45,941 nucleotides of DNA from Octopus bimaculoides (taxonomy: Eukaryota): contig NC_068991.1 in the NCBI RefSeq assembly GCF_001194135.2, forward strand, positions 40,643,088 to 40,689,028, in the 5' to 3' direction. The translations under genes and the position numbers were made by a program. How positions within the stretch are numbered: position 1 is the first letter of the stretch; every line of letters starts with the position of its first letter. Below are positions 20,801-33,456 of this stretch, in pieces. The notes below the pieces were generated by a model. It was given only the letters and a program-made list of their open reading frames with translations, did not search any database and was not told the DNA's origin.

Positions 20801-22845
20801 GGATTGCATATCATTCACTTTTCAATCATGGGATCTCATGTACATATACATGCATGTATGTCATTATTTAGTTTTATTTCAAGATTTCTTGCCAATAGAG
20901 AAAGAGCCAGTTTCTAACCTAGATCCAAAGTTCTTTCATTGGAATTTCAACATCATCAACAAGGTATTTTTGCATGTATATGTGAATATGTGCAGTATTT
21001 GGAGTCAGTGCATATGCAGATTTGTATGTTTTGTTTTAGGTATCTATTCTCATGCATATGGTTGCATATCTAGACGTGCACATAAATACTTAAATGATAA
21101 ACTTTACAAATGTAGTGATGGTTTGGGTCTGTAGTCTTCAAATCGCCTTTCTCTTTTCTGGTTTTGAGAAGCCTAATTTCTCAAGATTAGTACTTAAGCA
21201 GTGTGTTATATATCCCAGTGCCCCAATAATTACAGGGACAAACCTGAATTTGTAATCTGGGTAGAGTTACTGTAGATCTCTTAATAGTTCAGCTTAGGTA
21301 TTTTCTTTTTGGTTGATTTTAGCTTTATGTTAACATTCACTGGGCAGTTGATTTCTACTACTATACATAGTTTCTCTTTGGGTATTGAAGGAGACAACTA
21401 ACCAAAACTTCTTGGTTGTGAAGTGGACTACATAACTACACAGCCATGATTGCCCATGCATAATACATATCACAAGAAGCAAACTATGATGGGGAAGGAA
21501 ACTCTGTTTTAAATAGTGCCTTTCTCCTAAACAAATAATGGCATAGAACACTACTGCAAATCTTCAGATCCAAATATCTCACTTCATGTATTATTTTGGT
21601 ATTGACTTTATTGTTATATACCATCATTAGTGATTGTTTGAAATTTTGTAATTAGGATTGATTAGATATTTTTGATTTTAATGTTAACTTAAAAACTATC
21701 ATTGCAGCAAGAACCTCAGCCTGACAGAAATCCCCTGAAAACAAATTTCAGACAGACAACTCTTTGAATTAAGAAATCTTTGAGTGTACTTGCTGCTGTG
21801 AGCTGGGCCACACTTGTGTCTAAGTCCACCAGGAGGATTCTAATGCCGATGAATCAGTCAAACCTGATACAAAAGTGTTGTTCATTTTTGTCTTGGTTCC
21901 TGAAGATTTATTAATCCAGTCAACTCTCTCTCTCTCTCTCTCTGTTGTTTTCTTGGGAATTAATGCTCCCCAAAACAATTATTTTGTTTTTAAATATAAA
22001 TAAACTCTATTCAAATTCAGGTATCAGTTTGTCAGGATTTTCATTGAATATTATTATTATTAATTGCAGAGAGTAAAGATGGATGGAAAGAGAAGATGAG
22101 TAGGTGGAAGGCACGTCTGATATGAAGGTAAACTTCAGAAAGATGAAGATGGTGACCAATGTAAATCATGTGGGTAAAGTTACCATGTGTAGTGCACAGG
22201 AATAATGTTGGAGGAAACATTATTACATGTATAATATGTATTGGATGGGTTCATTGAAAATGTATTGGTGTGAGAGAGTTTTTAACTGATGTGATAACTA
22301 CATTTACATATAAGGTGTATGGATTCAGTGATAGTGACTAGAATGAGATAGATGTGGAAGAAGTTTCAGGAACTGAGTGTATACTAATGAGGAAGGAAAT
22401 GTCACTTAAATTGAAGAGAAGGTTTATGTTGCATGTGTGAGAGGAGCTGTGATATATAGGAATAAGATATAGGTAATGAATCCTGAGTTTCAATAAGAGA
22501 GAGGAGGACAAAAAGACAAATTGCAGAGAATGAGCCATCTTGTGAAGAGAAATGATGATGAAAGATGAAAATAGTTGGATGAGAAGATTGACAGAAATGA
22601 ATGTGGAGGTATGTAAAACAGTGGTCACAAGTTAGGTTTGTACAAACCTAAAAGATAGATAAAAATTACTTTGGAGTTCATAAAAGAAGTAGTTCTTAGA
22701 GTTTAACAGAGAAATTTGATAAAAATTGTTAAATTTTGGAAAACATTTACTAAAAACAGTGTCATTGAAAAGACAGTTACTGAATAACACCAATCAGAAC
22801 CATGTCTGGAAAATGTTATTTTACAGTTAAAATCTGAAACTATCA

Positions 22846-23140
22846 TCATTAACAACATTTAACATCCATTTTCCATGCTGGCATGGATTGAATGGCTTGA
22901 CAGGAACCACACCGGGTTCCATAGTCTGTTTTGACTTGATTTTTACAGCTGGACGCCCTTCTGAACACCAACCACTCCACACAGTGCACTGGGTGCTTTT
23001 TATGTGGCACCAGCACCAGTGCTTTTTATGTGGCCTCAACACCCACACTAATGCTTTTTATGTGGCACCTTGGCTTTAGAATCTCAATTCTGTTGTGGTG
23101 GGCAGGTCTTCCTGAGTACAGCAATGCACTACATATCCCA
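22846..23140 (-). mobile_element. SINE family B
   Basis: (CAT)n tail, CCATGCTGGCATGG, internal TTTTATGTGGCACC subrepeats. Confidence 0.75.
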
Positions 23141-23837
23141 GTCCTAGAAAGAATATTTTGTTAGATTATATTTATGACTCTGAAACCTATATATGCTGAC
23201 CAACAACCTTACTCCAGACCAAATGCAGTGGAACTGTATTATTGACCAGGTTGCAAATACTATGATGAAAATTTTGACACCAAATCATAATTGTTTAAGT
23301 GAAGTTAACAGTCTTTGTGTGTTTTTGAATGGCTATCATGTGTCTTCCATACTGCAATTATTTTGATAATTTACCTCAGAGAAAGTAGCCTTGTTCGATT
23401 GATAAAACAAGTCCTGATAAATCGATAGATAAAACAAGTCTTGATAAATACCCACAATGGAAAATGTATGTAAATGGGGAATGTAAAATGATTACCAGAC
23501 CTTCAGTGTATATTTGCCTGATTATTAAAAAAATGAGAGTTATCCTTATGATGAATGTCTTGTTTGTCATCATCTTGTAAACTTAAAATTTTTGTTCCTG
23601 TCAAGTAGAAAGTCCAATTTCAAAAACACCCCCAGCTTGTGAATAAATCTCTAACATATTTTGATAGATGCTAGAAAATTTTAAAAAACAAAAATCAATT
23701 TGACGTGTTGCTTGTCTTAGAATTTCAATACTACATGATAACAAGACACAGGCCTTGAGGACAGAAAATTTGCAAACACTGGAAAGAAATAAAGCTAGAC
23801 AAAGGCATGGGTAGGTGCAGGCATGGAGTAAGCCTTT

Positions 23838-24240
23838 TGTGTGGTTAAGATGTTTGCTTCCCAACCATATGTTTTCGGCTTCAGTCCCACTGTGTGGCAC
23901 CTTTGGCAAGTCTCTTCTACCATAGCCCTTGGTCAACCAAAAACTTGTGAATGGATTTGGTCAACAGAAACTGAAAGAAGCCTGTCATATGTGTGTCCTT
24001 GTCTTGACATTGTAAGATATTTGGAAGCAGATGTCACCATTATACAAGCAATGTCATTTAACTCGATTCTTCAGTAAAAACATATCTAACCATGAAGAAA
24101 TATTACTTTGCTTGTCTGGAAACAGGTGAAGGTTGATGACAGAAAGGGCATCTAGTGATAGAAAATATGCTTCAATGAAATCTATCCAACCTGTGCAAGC
24201 ATGGAAAAGTAGATGTTAAAATGATGATGATGATGATGAT
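23838..24240 (+). mobile_element. SINE family A head joined to a (GAT)n-tailed 3' part
   Basis: GTGTGGTTAAGATGTTTGCTTCCCAACC...GAAACTGAAAGAAGCC, ends AAATGATGATGATGATGAT. Confidence 0.75.
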
Positions 24241-24664
24241 TAAACTTTCAATACCATTTCTTGAGATGTGTTAGTGATTATTCCACATTTTGTTGTTTTC
24301 ACATCCCCAAGCACATGGTTAACTGATAGTAGATGACTATTGCCCCACCCCTTCATGGAAGCTGAGCTATTGTGACATGTTGATAGGAAAAAATAAACTT
24401 TTTCTTTTCATCTCTCAGCATAGGATGTTTTGAGGTTTGTTCTCATTACATCAGTAGTTATACACTTTGAGATAACTGACAGAGTTTGCCAGAAATCATC
24501 AGAGAGCAAGACTGTGAGTCACACATAACATTAATGTTACCTCTCAGAGCCTTAAATATAAGTGTGTGAGACATTGTGCACTCGCCTCACTCTTTTGGTT
24601 TAGCCTGCTTCAGAACTTCTACCTGTTCAAAACCTTTGCCAATATTGTACACATGATTTTGTGC

Positions 24665-24890
24665 AATCATCATCATCATCATTAATTAACGTCCATGTTC
24701 CATACTGGCATGGCTTGGATGGTTTGACAGAATCCAGTTAGTCCAAGGACAGCATTGTGCTCCAGCATCTGCTTCAGCATAGTTTCTATAGCTGGATGCC
24801 CTTCTTAACATCTACTTCACAAATTGTACCAGGTGCTTTTCTCACAACACCAGCACTAGTGAGGTCATCATGTAGCTTGCAAGACTAAGG
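24665..24890 (-). mobile_element. SINE family B
   Basis: (CAT)n tail plus the shared body. Confidence 0.75.
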
Positions 24891-25385
24891 ACCTTTTCCC
24901 TGTGTGTGTGTACTGTTAATATGTCAACAGAAAGTAAACTTTTGCATCAATTCAAAGTGACTGTTTAATGGGACATCCCACTAAACAATATCTAAGACTA
25001 ACTGAAAAACTTGGCATTGCCTGAATTGAAGACTCAGGGAATTAATGTTAACATCACAAAGCAATTTAATTAATTCATAGTAAATCTTTTGGAGAAATAC
25101 TCTGTTCAGTTTCTGACTAAGAACACTATGCAGATCTTTTATTTTTAATATTCTTTTAGGAATTTTTTTTTTCAGATCATAATAAAGAATAATAATAAAA
25201 GAATTATATTCAATAAGATGTATTCTCTTTACACTCTTTGAAAAAAAAATGTCCACAGAAGACAAAAGAAGGCTGTGCTTGGAAGTAGTTATCTCCTACT
25301 GAGTAGCAACTCTCTTTTGTTCTCAGTCTCTACCACAGTATATACAGCTTCTAGTAAGACCACCACATGTTCAGAAGGCTTCATT

Positions 25386-25716
25386 TTAGGGTAAAGGGTA
25401 AAGACCCTTTTCAGTTATGAATGACCATGGGATTGCATCTAAAAAGTTACTTTCCAAGTGACAAATCCAGGTAAAGTTGTTTATGGAAGACCAACCTCCC
25501 CTATCCATGCCACCGATGTTATCCAAAGAAAAGGTGAAGGCCAATACAGCTTGGCACCAGTGACATCGCAACTCATTTCTACAGGTGAGTGAACTGGAGC
25601 AACATGAAAAATAAAGTGTCTTGCTCAAGAGCACAACACAGCCTGGTCCAGGAATCGAACTAACTACCTCATGATCGTGAGCCTGATGCTCTAACCACTG
25701 AGCCTTGTGCCTTCAC
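25386..25716 (-). mobile_element. tRNA-derived SINE (family D)
   Basis: Minus-strand head GGCTCAGTGGTTAGAGC (A box) and GTTCGATTCC (B box), then TGTGCTCTTGAGCAAGACAC; no CCA end or acceptor stem, so not a tRNA gene. Confidence 0.8.
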
Positions 25717-25781
25717 TAGGTGATTTCAAATGTGCAAAAAACTGAATGCAAATTCAAATATTTTCTGTTTAAACATAATCT

Positions 25782-25945
25782 TAACTCTAACCTAAAACCC
25801 TAATTCTAAGTGTTAACAACAAATTCTACCCTTAAGTCTTAACCCTAATCCCTTACTTTAAACCCTAATGCTATGCATATCCCTAAAACCCTAATACTGA
25901 TCCTAAGCTTAATCTAAATTCTAACCTCAATCCCTGGTCCTAACC
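25782..25945. repeat. Degenerate telomere-like (CCCTAA) tract
   Basis: Repeated AACCCTAA, ACCTAA, ACCCTTAA, ATCCCTAA and TCCTAA variants. Confidence 0.65.
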
Positions 25946-26124
25946 TTATTTTTTGAGTAAAATCAACCTCCTATGTCAAAAGCTTACACTTCTAGAAAAA
26001 AATTTGTAAATGAAAAGTTATTGCCAGATACATACTTTGAAACTAAGTGGGTTAAAAAAAAAAAATGAAAAATGGTAATTTTGAAAATATTTTTATTTGC
26101 AGAATTGTAATCTCTGATGAATGT

Positions 26125-26420
26125 TAGGATATTTAGCTCATGACCTTAAGCTCATAAGTTTGATTCCCAATTGCGCATTGTGTCCTTGAGCAAGATACTT
26201 TATTTCATATTGCTTCAGTCCACTCAGTTGGCAAAAATGAATAGTACCTGTATTTCAAAGAGCCAGCCCCATTACATTTGTTATGCTGAATCACCCTGGA
26301 AACTATGCTATGGGTATGCACATCTGTGGAGTGCTCAGCCACTTGCACATCAATCTTACGAGCAGGCTGTTCTGTTGGTCAGAACAACTGGAACACTCAT
26401 TGTTGTAACCAACAGAGTGC
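26125..26420 (+). mobile_element. SINE family D (degenerate)
   Basis: TTGTGTCCTTGAGCAAGATACTTTATTTC shared with the 25386-25716 copy in opposite orientation. Confidence 0.65.
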
Positions 26421-26929
26421 CTTCCAAATCTCTTTTGTTTAAAACACAGAAATCCAGAGAAATATGAAAAAGTTTTATTATAAAAGATAAAAGTTATAAA
26501 AAATGTTGGGAGTTTATTCAAAACTTTGCCAAACATTGTTAGAGCTCCGGACATATCAAACTTGTACCATTGTATCAATGTGCAACATCAAAGTTCTGGA
26601 AAGAATAATTGAGGATCTTTTCTTCAGCATGAACCTCTGAGATGACACTCCAGGTGGATCCAGGGTGTTGAGAAACTTAGTGTACTCAGTTTCTTTTGGA
26701 TGAAAAATACAATTTATAGACTTATACACAAATACAAACCACACAATTGTTGATTCACTACACCTTAATCCTGGTCAAAGCTGAGTTATACTGGACTGTA
26801 GCCTTTGAAATCAAAAAGTATTTCTGTGTCAGATAGTATCAAAAATATTCTGGATATAAAAACATCTTCTCACATAGAACAACCACTCAAAATAATAGCC
26901 TAACACAATTTTTGTCCTTGGGTAGCAAC

Positions 26930-27584
26930 TATTATTTCCTATTTGCTTATCCCTAAAAAGTATGAAAAAGGAGGCCATGAGACAGCAGTATGAGGAAGTG
27001 AGCAGCAACAGTGGGGGGGCAGCAACAATGAAGAGGTGGAGGATGACTTCTTCAGTGGTGTCACCCAACAAAAAGAGAGTGGAAGCTACAGGTCACTGAA
27101 GGACAAGGCCCAGAATTTAGTAAAGATCTGGTTGGAGACCAACTCCAAGGATCTACTGACAGATGCCTTCTTGAGTGAGCAAGTGTCAGTGGGCTTTTTC
27201 ATCAAGTTCAACACCGCCATCCTTTCCAGTGCTGCAACTGAATGTTTATTTTCCATGGGCAAGGACATCTCGAGTGCCAAGAGAATGTTTTTATCTGATG
27301 AAAATTTTAGTTTGTTAATTTTCATGAAGTGCAACATGAATCTCATCAACAAAATGGAGAAGAAGAAAAATTAAATTATGTATATGTCATATTTCTCGAT
27401 TTTTTACAGCCACTTTATCAATAAACTTTTCTTAGCTTAATACTAATATTGTGTTTCATTTTTTTTTTATTCTTTTCTGGCTCTAAAAGCCTTTAAAAAC
27501 CTAAAAATGGTCCCAAACTATGAAATCAGCCTTTTTTAGGCCCTTTGAAATTTAAAGCTATAAAATCCGCATTTTTTAACTCTA
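26930..27584 (+). pseudogene. hAT transposase C-terminal (dimerisation domain) remnant with downstream terminus
   Basis: ORF 27036-27374: FFIKFNTAILSSAATECLFSMGKDISSAKRMFLSDENFSLLIFMK matches hAT SS...ER.FS......KR..LS...FE.L.F.K; upstream frame disrupted; outer limits approximate. Confidence 0.8.
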
Positions 27585-29259
27585 AGCAAAAAATATATAT
27601 GTATAGTTTTAGGGTTCTAAAGGCCAAAAAAGAAGCTGATTTTATAATTTTGGCACTTTTTAACCCCTTAGTGTTTAAATCAGAAAAAAACCCATTGTAT
27701 CTAATTCCTCTACGAAATCTTTTTTAAAAAATAAACAAATTGTGTTAGTGAATTCTTGTAGCTTTGAGATAATGTGAGGGCTTTTCTTCCAGAAAGCACA
27801 AAACTGAAAAGCAAAATTAACTGAGGTGGATGTCAACATCGACTTCCATAAAGTGGAAACAATAAATGGAAGGGAAAAAAGTTAGTAAATATTTCAGTGT
27901 GAATGCAAATAGCTCTTACATGGTAGCAGGGCATGCTAGGAATAGCAGCCAAATCTTTCCTTTTCTGGAAAAGGAGCTGTTTACGTTTGATTTCGATATC
28001 ACATTTGTTGAAAGTATGCAAAATAACCTGGAAAAGAAAAAAAGACCTGCAAAACAAAACTCCTTTGGTGGAAAACTTCAAGGTCAACACCACCCCTCCC
28101 ACCTTTCTTTTCTGGAAAAAGTGGCTTGTGGTGGGTTTGGAGGTCAGATACGTTGAATGCACCTGAAAAAAATTGGAAAAATATTATTCCACACCAAGGT
28201 ACGTATTTACTGAAAGAATAAAATCTTGTACCAATTATACCTGTATTTTAATTAATTCAAATTAATGTACCTCATCTTGAAAAGTGGCAAAAATTTTTGT
28301 CAGTTGGCATCTGGAATAATTTAAGTATCAAATCAAACAGGTATGAGGCATTAAGAATTTCAATTTTAGTGTTTATCCATATTGTTATTGCTTTTACACC
28401 TGTTAATTAAATTTACCTGCCCATAAAAGTCAAATTTGCTTTGCATGGTCAGTTAAAATTACATAACAATAAACCAGTGGTATATAAAGCACCCACTGAC
28501 AAAATTTCAAATCTGTATGTAAAAAATTTACAAAGTTACAAGCAAATATTGTAGACACCCCTCTTGAACCTGAATAATTCAAAATAGCATGAACAAATAA
28601 GCATTACATTTGACAGATCAATATGAACACTAATGATGTTTGTAGGTGTCTTTTTCTTTACACACACATAACATGGCTTCACTCGGTTGGGACTACACGG
28701 GTGCTACTTTGACATCATCATTCCATAAAATTTGATTATGGAGAGAAAAATATTGAAAAATATCAATAGATGTGTGAGTGAGAAAGAAAAGAGGAGGGAG
28801 GTTTGGGGATGTGCTAGAAACAACAGCCATATCTCCCTTAAATCACACATTTTCCTCTGAAATTATTAACAATTTTTTTTTAAAACTGAAAATGTTTCTG
28901 TCACAGGTTTTAAGTGTGTAGTGAAAAAAATATGACCAAAATCGTTTTGGACTGGGGTGGTGCAGAGGTGGCGGGAGTGAAAAACAAATTTTCAAAATTT
29001 TTTTTCATGAAAAGATGCCGCCCATCTTTCTGAAGANNNNNNNNNNNNNNNNNNNNNNNNNNNNNNNNNNNNNNNNNNNNNNNNNNNNNNNNNNNNNNNN
29101 NNNNNNNNNNNNNNNNNNNNNNNNNNNNNNNNNNNNNNNNNNNNNNNNNNNNNNNNNNNNNNNNNNNNNNNNNNNNNNNNNNNNNNNNNNNNNNNNNNNN
29201 NNNNNNNNNNNNNNNNNNNNNNNNNNNNNNNNNNNNNNNNNNAGGGAGGATAAGGGGTG

Positions 29260-30410
29260 GGGTTGAAATTTGTAAAATACGATTTTTGAAATTTTTTTTC
29301 AGAATCGGATCCTCCATAACCAAAATTGTGGATTCCGTTGAAAAAAAAATCAATATATATCCATTTTACCGAAAGTTCTGAATTTTCCGAAAGTCCTCTC
29401 CTCCCTCCGGGGTCGTCAGCGGGTAATTTTTTTTTTTTTTATCATATTCGTTTCCTACATATTTGTTAAGACTCACTGGGCTGTTTTTTTTACCTTCTGC
29501 TGAGTTCAAATTCCACCAGGATCGGCTTTGCCTTTTATCCTTTCGGAGGCGATAAAATAAAGCACCTGTCAAGTCCTGGAATCGATTTAATTTACTAAAG
29601 CCCTAAAATTGCCTTGTGCCAATAATTATTAGGATACTATAAGGCGGTGGGTTGGCAAAATGCTTAACGGCATTTCGTCCGTCTTTACATTTTGGGTTCA
29701 AATTTCTCCTGGATCGATGAAATAAGTACCAGTTGAGCATTCGTGTTGATGTAAACAATTTGCCTCTTCCCTCAAATTTGCTGGCCTTACGCGCCTATAG
29801 TAGCAGGTATTGAGAGTGGGTGCGAGTTTACACGGGATATAACTCGACTGAAGCCTATTTAAACCAACCGGTAATATGTAAATATGAATCCCAGGATGCA
29901 ACGGATGAGAAACTAAATAAACGAAAACGAGGCTTTTAACCGGCAAATTCAATTTCCAAAATTTACGAAATAAACGTCTGAAAGGGATTTAGATCTGCTA
30001 TGGTTCTCTGATTGTTTTATTTAAATCTCATTTAATGGAATTTATTTCATTCAACGTTTGTCCGTGAAAAGAAGGAAGCAGTTAATATTTTTTTAATTTT
30101 AAATTGTATGGTGTTGCCTGAGGTAATTTCATAATTCTATTCAAACCTTTGACCAACTGACAAGTTATTTTGTTTTTGTTGTAAACGATATTTTGAATTT
30201 TTCATATTTAGGGTTTTTTGAAAGATTTAAACATCTTCAATTAAAAAGTAAACGATAGTTTTACTAAGATAATAACTTTCTTTTTGTCGTCGTTAACTTT
30301 TAGTGAATTTCGATTTCTTTTAAAGCCTACGAAAGAATTTTTATCCAAAAAAATTTAATTTAATTTAGGGTTTTTTTCTTACATATTTGACCACCTTCAG
30401 TTTGTGCTCT
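29260..30410 (+). promoter_or_regulatory. CpG-retaining region, candidate promoter and non-coding first exon of gene 2
   Basis: Visibly more CG dinucleotides than the rest of the window; candidate donor GAG|GTAATT after 30122; the first coding exon of gene 2 starts at an acceptor, so an upstream exon is required. Confidence 0.45.
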
Positions 30411-31273
30411 TTNNNNNNNNNNNNNNNNNNNNNNNNNNNNNNNNNNNNNNNNNNNNNNNNNNNNNNNNNNNNNNNNNNNNNNNNNNNNNNNNNNNNNNNN
30501 NNNNNNNNNNNNNNNNNNNNNNNNNNNNNNNNNNNNNNNNNNNNNNNNNNNNNNNNNNNNNNNNNNNNNNNNNNNNNNNNNNNNNNNNNNNNNNNNNNNN
30601 NNNNNNNNNNNNNNNNNNNNNNNNNNNNNNNNNNNNNNNNNNNNNNNNNNNNNNNNNNNNNNNNNNNNNNNNNNNNNNNNNNNNNNNNNNNNNNNNNNNN
30701 NNNNNNNNNNNNNNNNNNNNNNNNNNNNNNNNNNNNNNNNNNNNNNNNNNNNNNNNNNNNNNNNNNNNNNNNNNNNNNNNNNNNNNNNNNNNNNNNNNNN
30801 NNNNNNNNNNNNNNNNNNNNNNNNNNNNNNNNNNNNNNNNNNNNNNNNNNNNNNNNNNNNNNNNNNNNNNNNNNNNNNNNNNNNNNNNNNNNNNNNNNNN
30901 NNNNNNNNNNNNNNNNNNNNNNNNNNNNNNNNNNNNNNNNNNNNNNNNNNNNNNNNNNNNNNNNNNNNNNNNNNNNNNNNNNNNNNNNNNNNNNNNNNNN
31001 NNNNNNNNNNNNNNNNNNNNNNNNNNNNNNNNNNNNNNNNNNNNNNNNNNNNNNNNNNNNNNNNNNNNNNNNNNNNNNNNNNNNNNNNNNNNNNNNNNNN
31101 NNNNNNNNNNNNNNNNNNNNNNNNNNNNNNNNNNNNNNNNNNNNNNNNNNNNNNNNNNNNNNNNNNNNNNNNNNNNNNNNNNNNNNNNNNNNNNNNNNNN
31201 NNNNNNNNNNNNNNNNNNNNNNNNNNNNNNNNNNNNNNNNNNNNNNNNNNNNNNNNNNNNNNNNNNNNNTGTG

Positions 31274-31393
31274 GGTACTACTTAAATACAGAGATCCCTT
31301 AACGGTACTACTTAAATACAGAGATCCCTTAACGGTACTACTTAAATACAGAGATCCCTTAACGGTACTACTTAAATACAGAGATCCCTTAAC
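31274..31393. repeat. 30-bp minisatellite, four identical units at a gap edge
   Basis: GGTACTACTTAAATACAGAGATCCCTTAAC x4 with no spacers. Confidence 0.95.
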
Positions 31394-31503
31394 GGTACTA
31401 CTTAAATACAGAGGTCCCGATGCATCTACGTAACCCTAACGAGTGTGCATTGTAAACACATCGTTACGTAGGTGCATCGGGAGCTCTGTATATAAGTAGT
31501 GCC
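31394..31503. other. 110-nt fold-back with 41-bp arms
   Basis: 31394-31434 vs 31463-31503: 37 of 41 complementary, two of the four differences are G-U wobbles; 28-nt loop. Confidence 0.9.
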
Positions 31504-31609
31504 TGCTTTGTGTAGATATGCCCACCGTCCTATGTCAGTCCTAATCAGTCTTGCAATTGCTTCTCATAATATCAAGAAGCTAGACCTCCAACCTGAAGGT
31601 AACTACACT

Positions 31610-31973
31610 CAGGGGCGGATTTGACATTCACTCGGATTCAGTCTCAGAGTTGTCACAGAACTGCTATTACATAAGTGGGTTTCAGTAGGTTCAGAAGTAT
31701 TCACTTAAATTCAATGCCCCCCCCCCTTTTTTTAATCTAAAAGGGACCAATAAATCAAAAAAAGGCTCAATAATTTTAAAAGAACTTTACCGGATTAGAA
31801 TAAATTTTTTAAACAAGGGAAAAAAATTACAAATTATTTGATTGCTGTAAATATATTATCTGAATTTTTAAAACTAAGCTTTAGGTTTCTCTGAATTAAA
31901 GGCCCCACCCCACCACATGCATGGGGGTCCTTGGGCTATGGTCAATACTAGCCCATACATAAATCTGGCCCTG
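31610..31973. mobile_element. hAT-type MITE
   Basis: TIR CAGGGGCGGATTT / AAATCTGGCCCTG (11 of 13); 8-bp TSD ACTACACT / ACTACACC. Confidence 0.8.
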
Positions 31974-32105
31974 ACTACACCCCTGTAAGGAGTTTTGTCC
32001 AACACTGTAATGATTCTACTAATCCACTGCCGTGACAAATCTCCCATTCAGTGCATCTAATATGATTGAATCAACTGTAAACAACCACTTCTTACAATAC
32101 TTTAA

Positions 32106-32323
32106 CCATTCAGTGTTTAAACCGGCTGTATCTGGCCCAAATATTCCACCCATTTTATGCTCAAACTGGTCAGAACCAGCATCTCTCACCTATCCTGCAA
32201 TGTCATTCTAAAAATAAACAATTACATCTTTCAAATCTTGAAGTTACAAGATAATACCAGATTAATTTTTTAAGATGTGAATGAATAAGGATTACTGTTG
32301 ACATTAATCTGAATGCTAAAGTG
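32106..32323. mobile_element. piggyBac-like MITE (family P1, reverse orientation)
   Basis: Reverse complement of the 7565-7784 copy; TTAA on both flanks. Confidence 0.78.
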
Positions 32324-32705
32324 TTAAATATCTCAGTAACAAACAGCTTCAGAATAGCTAAGCTGAGATTCAAAAGTGAATCAACATTTTTCCACAATGT
32401 CAAACAAATCCTCAGCCTATTATCTTCATCCATTGCACTGAGAGACTAATGAGAAAAAATTGACCTCAAACCTGAGTAGGGACAAAGAACCCTATTCTTT
32501 TATTTTGATCTAATTTAATTAGCAACAATATAAATCCACAGCCAAATATTAGTTGATCTCTTTGGTAAATTCAGTCAAAGAGATGAAACTAAACTACTAA
32601 CATACACAATGAACCAAAGAATCAGAGATGAAATATATTACTCTATTGACAAACAAGCTGTGTACACACAAACTCGAAGTTGTGTATATCATATTGTAAC
32701 AACTC

Positions 32706-32888
32706 ATGCTGGTAGCACGTAAAAGCACCCACTACACTCTTGGAGTGGTTGGCATTAGGAAGGGCATCCAACTGTAGATACTTTGCCAGATTAAATTGGA
32801 GCTTGGTGCAGCCTTCTGGCTCGCCAGTCCTCAGTCAAACCATCCAACCCATGCCAGCATGGAAAGTGGACGTTAAACGATGATGATG
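32706..32888 (+). mobile_element. SINE family B (well preserved)
   Basis: ATGCTGGTAGCACGTAAAAGCACCC...GGACGTTAAACGATGATGAT. Confidence 0.85.
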
Positions 32889-33420
32889 GTAATCAATATT
32901 ATAATCAGCTTAATAAATGATCATATTAATAATCAAGCAAATATTTTTCTTCATTCATTTCTCTGATACATCTTCACATTAAACTCCATCATTATAACTG
33001 TATCATAAAACTTCATTATGTTTGATGATTTGCTGACATTTTTAGCCTGTTACATTTCTCCTGTACATTATTGCATTAAATTTTGTTTATATAAGTGGTG
33101 ACTATGTCTTTACAGTTGGTCACCCTTGACTAAAACACCACATGCCTTCATTAAACTTCATCCTCACATTAAACTCTGTCATTACGTGTTTTTCACTCTC
33201 ATTAACAACCACCTTAAAGGTTTACATCAAGTCAGATCCATAAGAGACCATCCCTTCTATTTACTTGCAGCTTCTTTCTATTGAGAACTTTAGCAAAAAA
33301 TAATGTTTTGTTTGTTGAATGTATGAACTTTATGACCCTATTTAAATGTGATCATTAAATGTGTTTATATTAAAATGATAAATTTCCTTGTGAATTTTGT
33401 TTACTTCTGTAGAATACCAA

Positions 33421-33456
33421 ATGGATCTTAGCAAGAAAGATACATTAATCCAGTGG
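33421..33456 (+). CDS. Gene 2 coding exon 1 (MDLSKKDTLIQW)
   Basis: Acceptor CTGTAG| at 33412, ATG at 33421, donor TGG|GTGAGT. Confidence 0.8.

Noticed and set aside
21705-21930. LRR-like or Cys-rich peptides (KNLSLTEIP, FECTCCCELGH) after a CAG acceptor
   Set aside because: Stops in all three frames and no compatible donor.
23385-23580. Open frame ending in a hydrophobic tail with a 27-bp local duplication
   Set aside because: No in-frame acceptor or start; cannot be linked to either gene.
24478-24505. Minus-strand CTGATGA...CAAAC-TCT-GTC motif
   Set aside because: G12 is missing, there is no stem II and stem I is only 2 bp; likely chance.
25640-25716. tRNA gene
   Set aside because: A and B boxes belong to a SINE head; no complete cloverleaf, and it continues into SINE body.
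27866-28156. ORF with SYMVAGHARN, reminiscent of Sola-type DDE transposases
   Set aside because: One motif only; expected downstream residues are absent and no termini were found.
31274-31433. 30-bp repeats as a CRISPR array, or ORF 30387-31433 (VLLKYRDPLT repeats) as a protein
   Set aside because: Units are head-to-tail with no spacers, there are no cas genes and the context is eukaryotic; the ORF is mostly N-gap plus the translated minisatellite.
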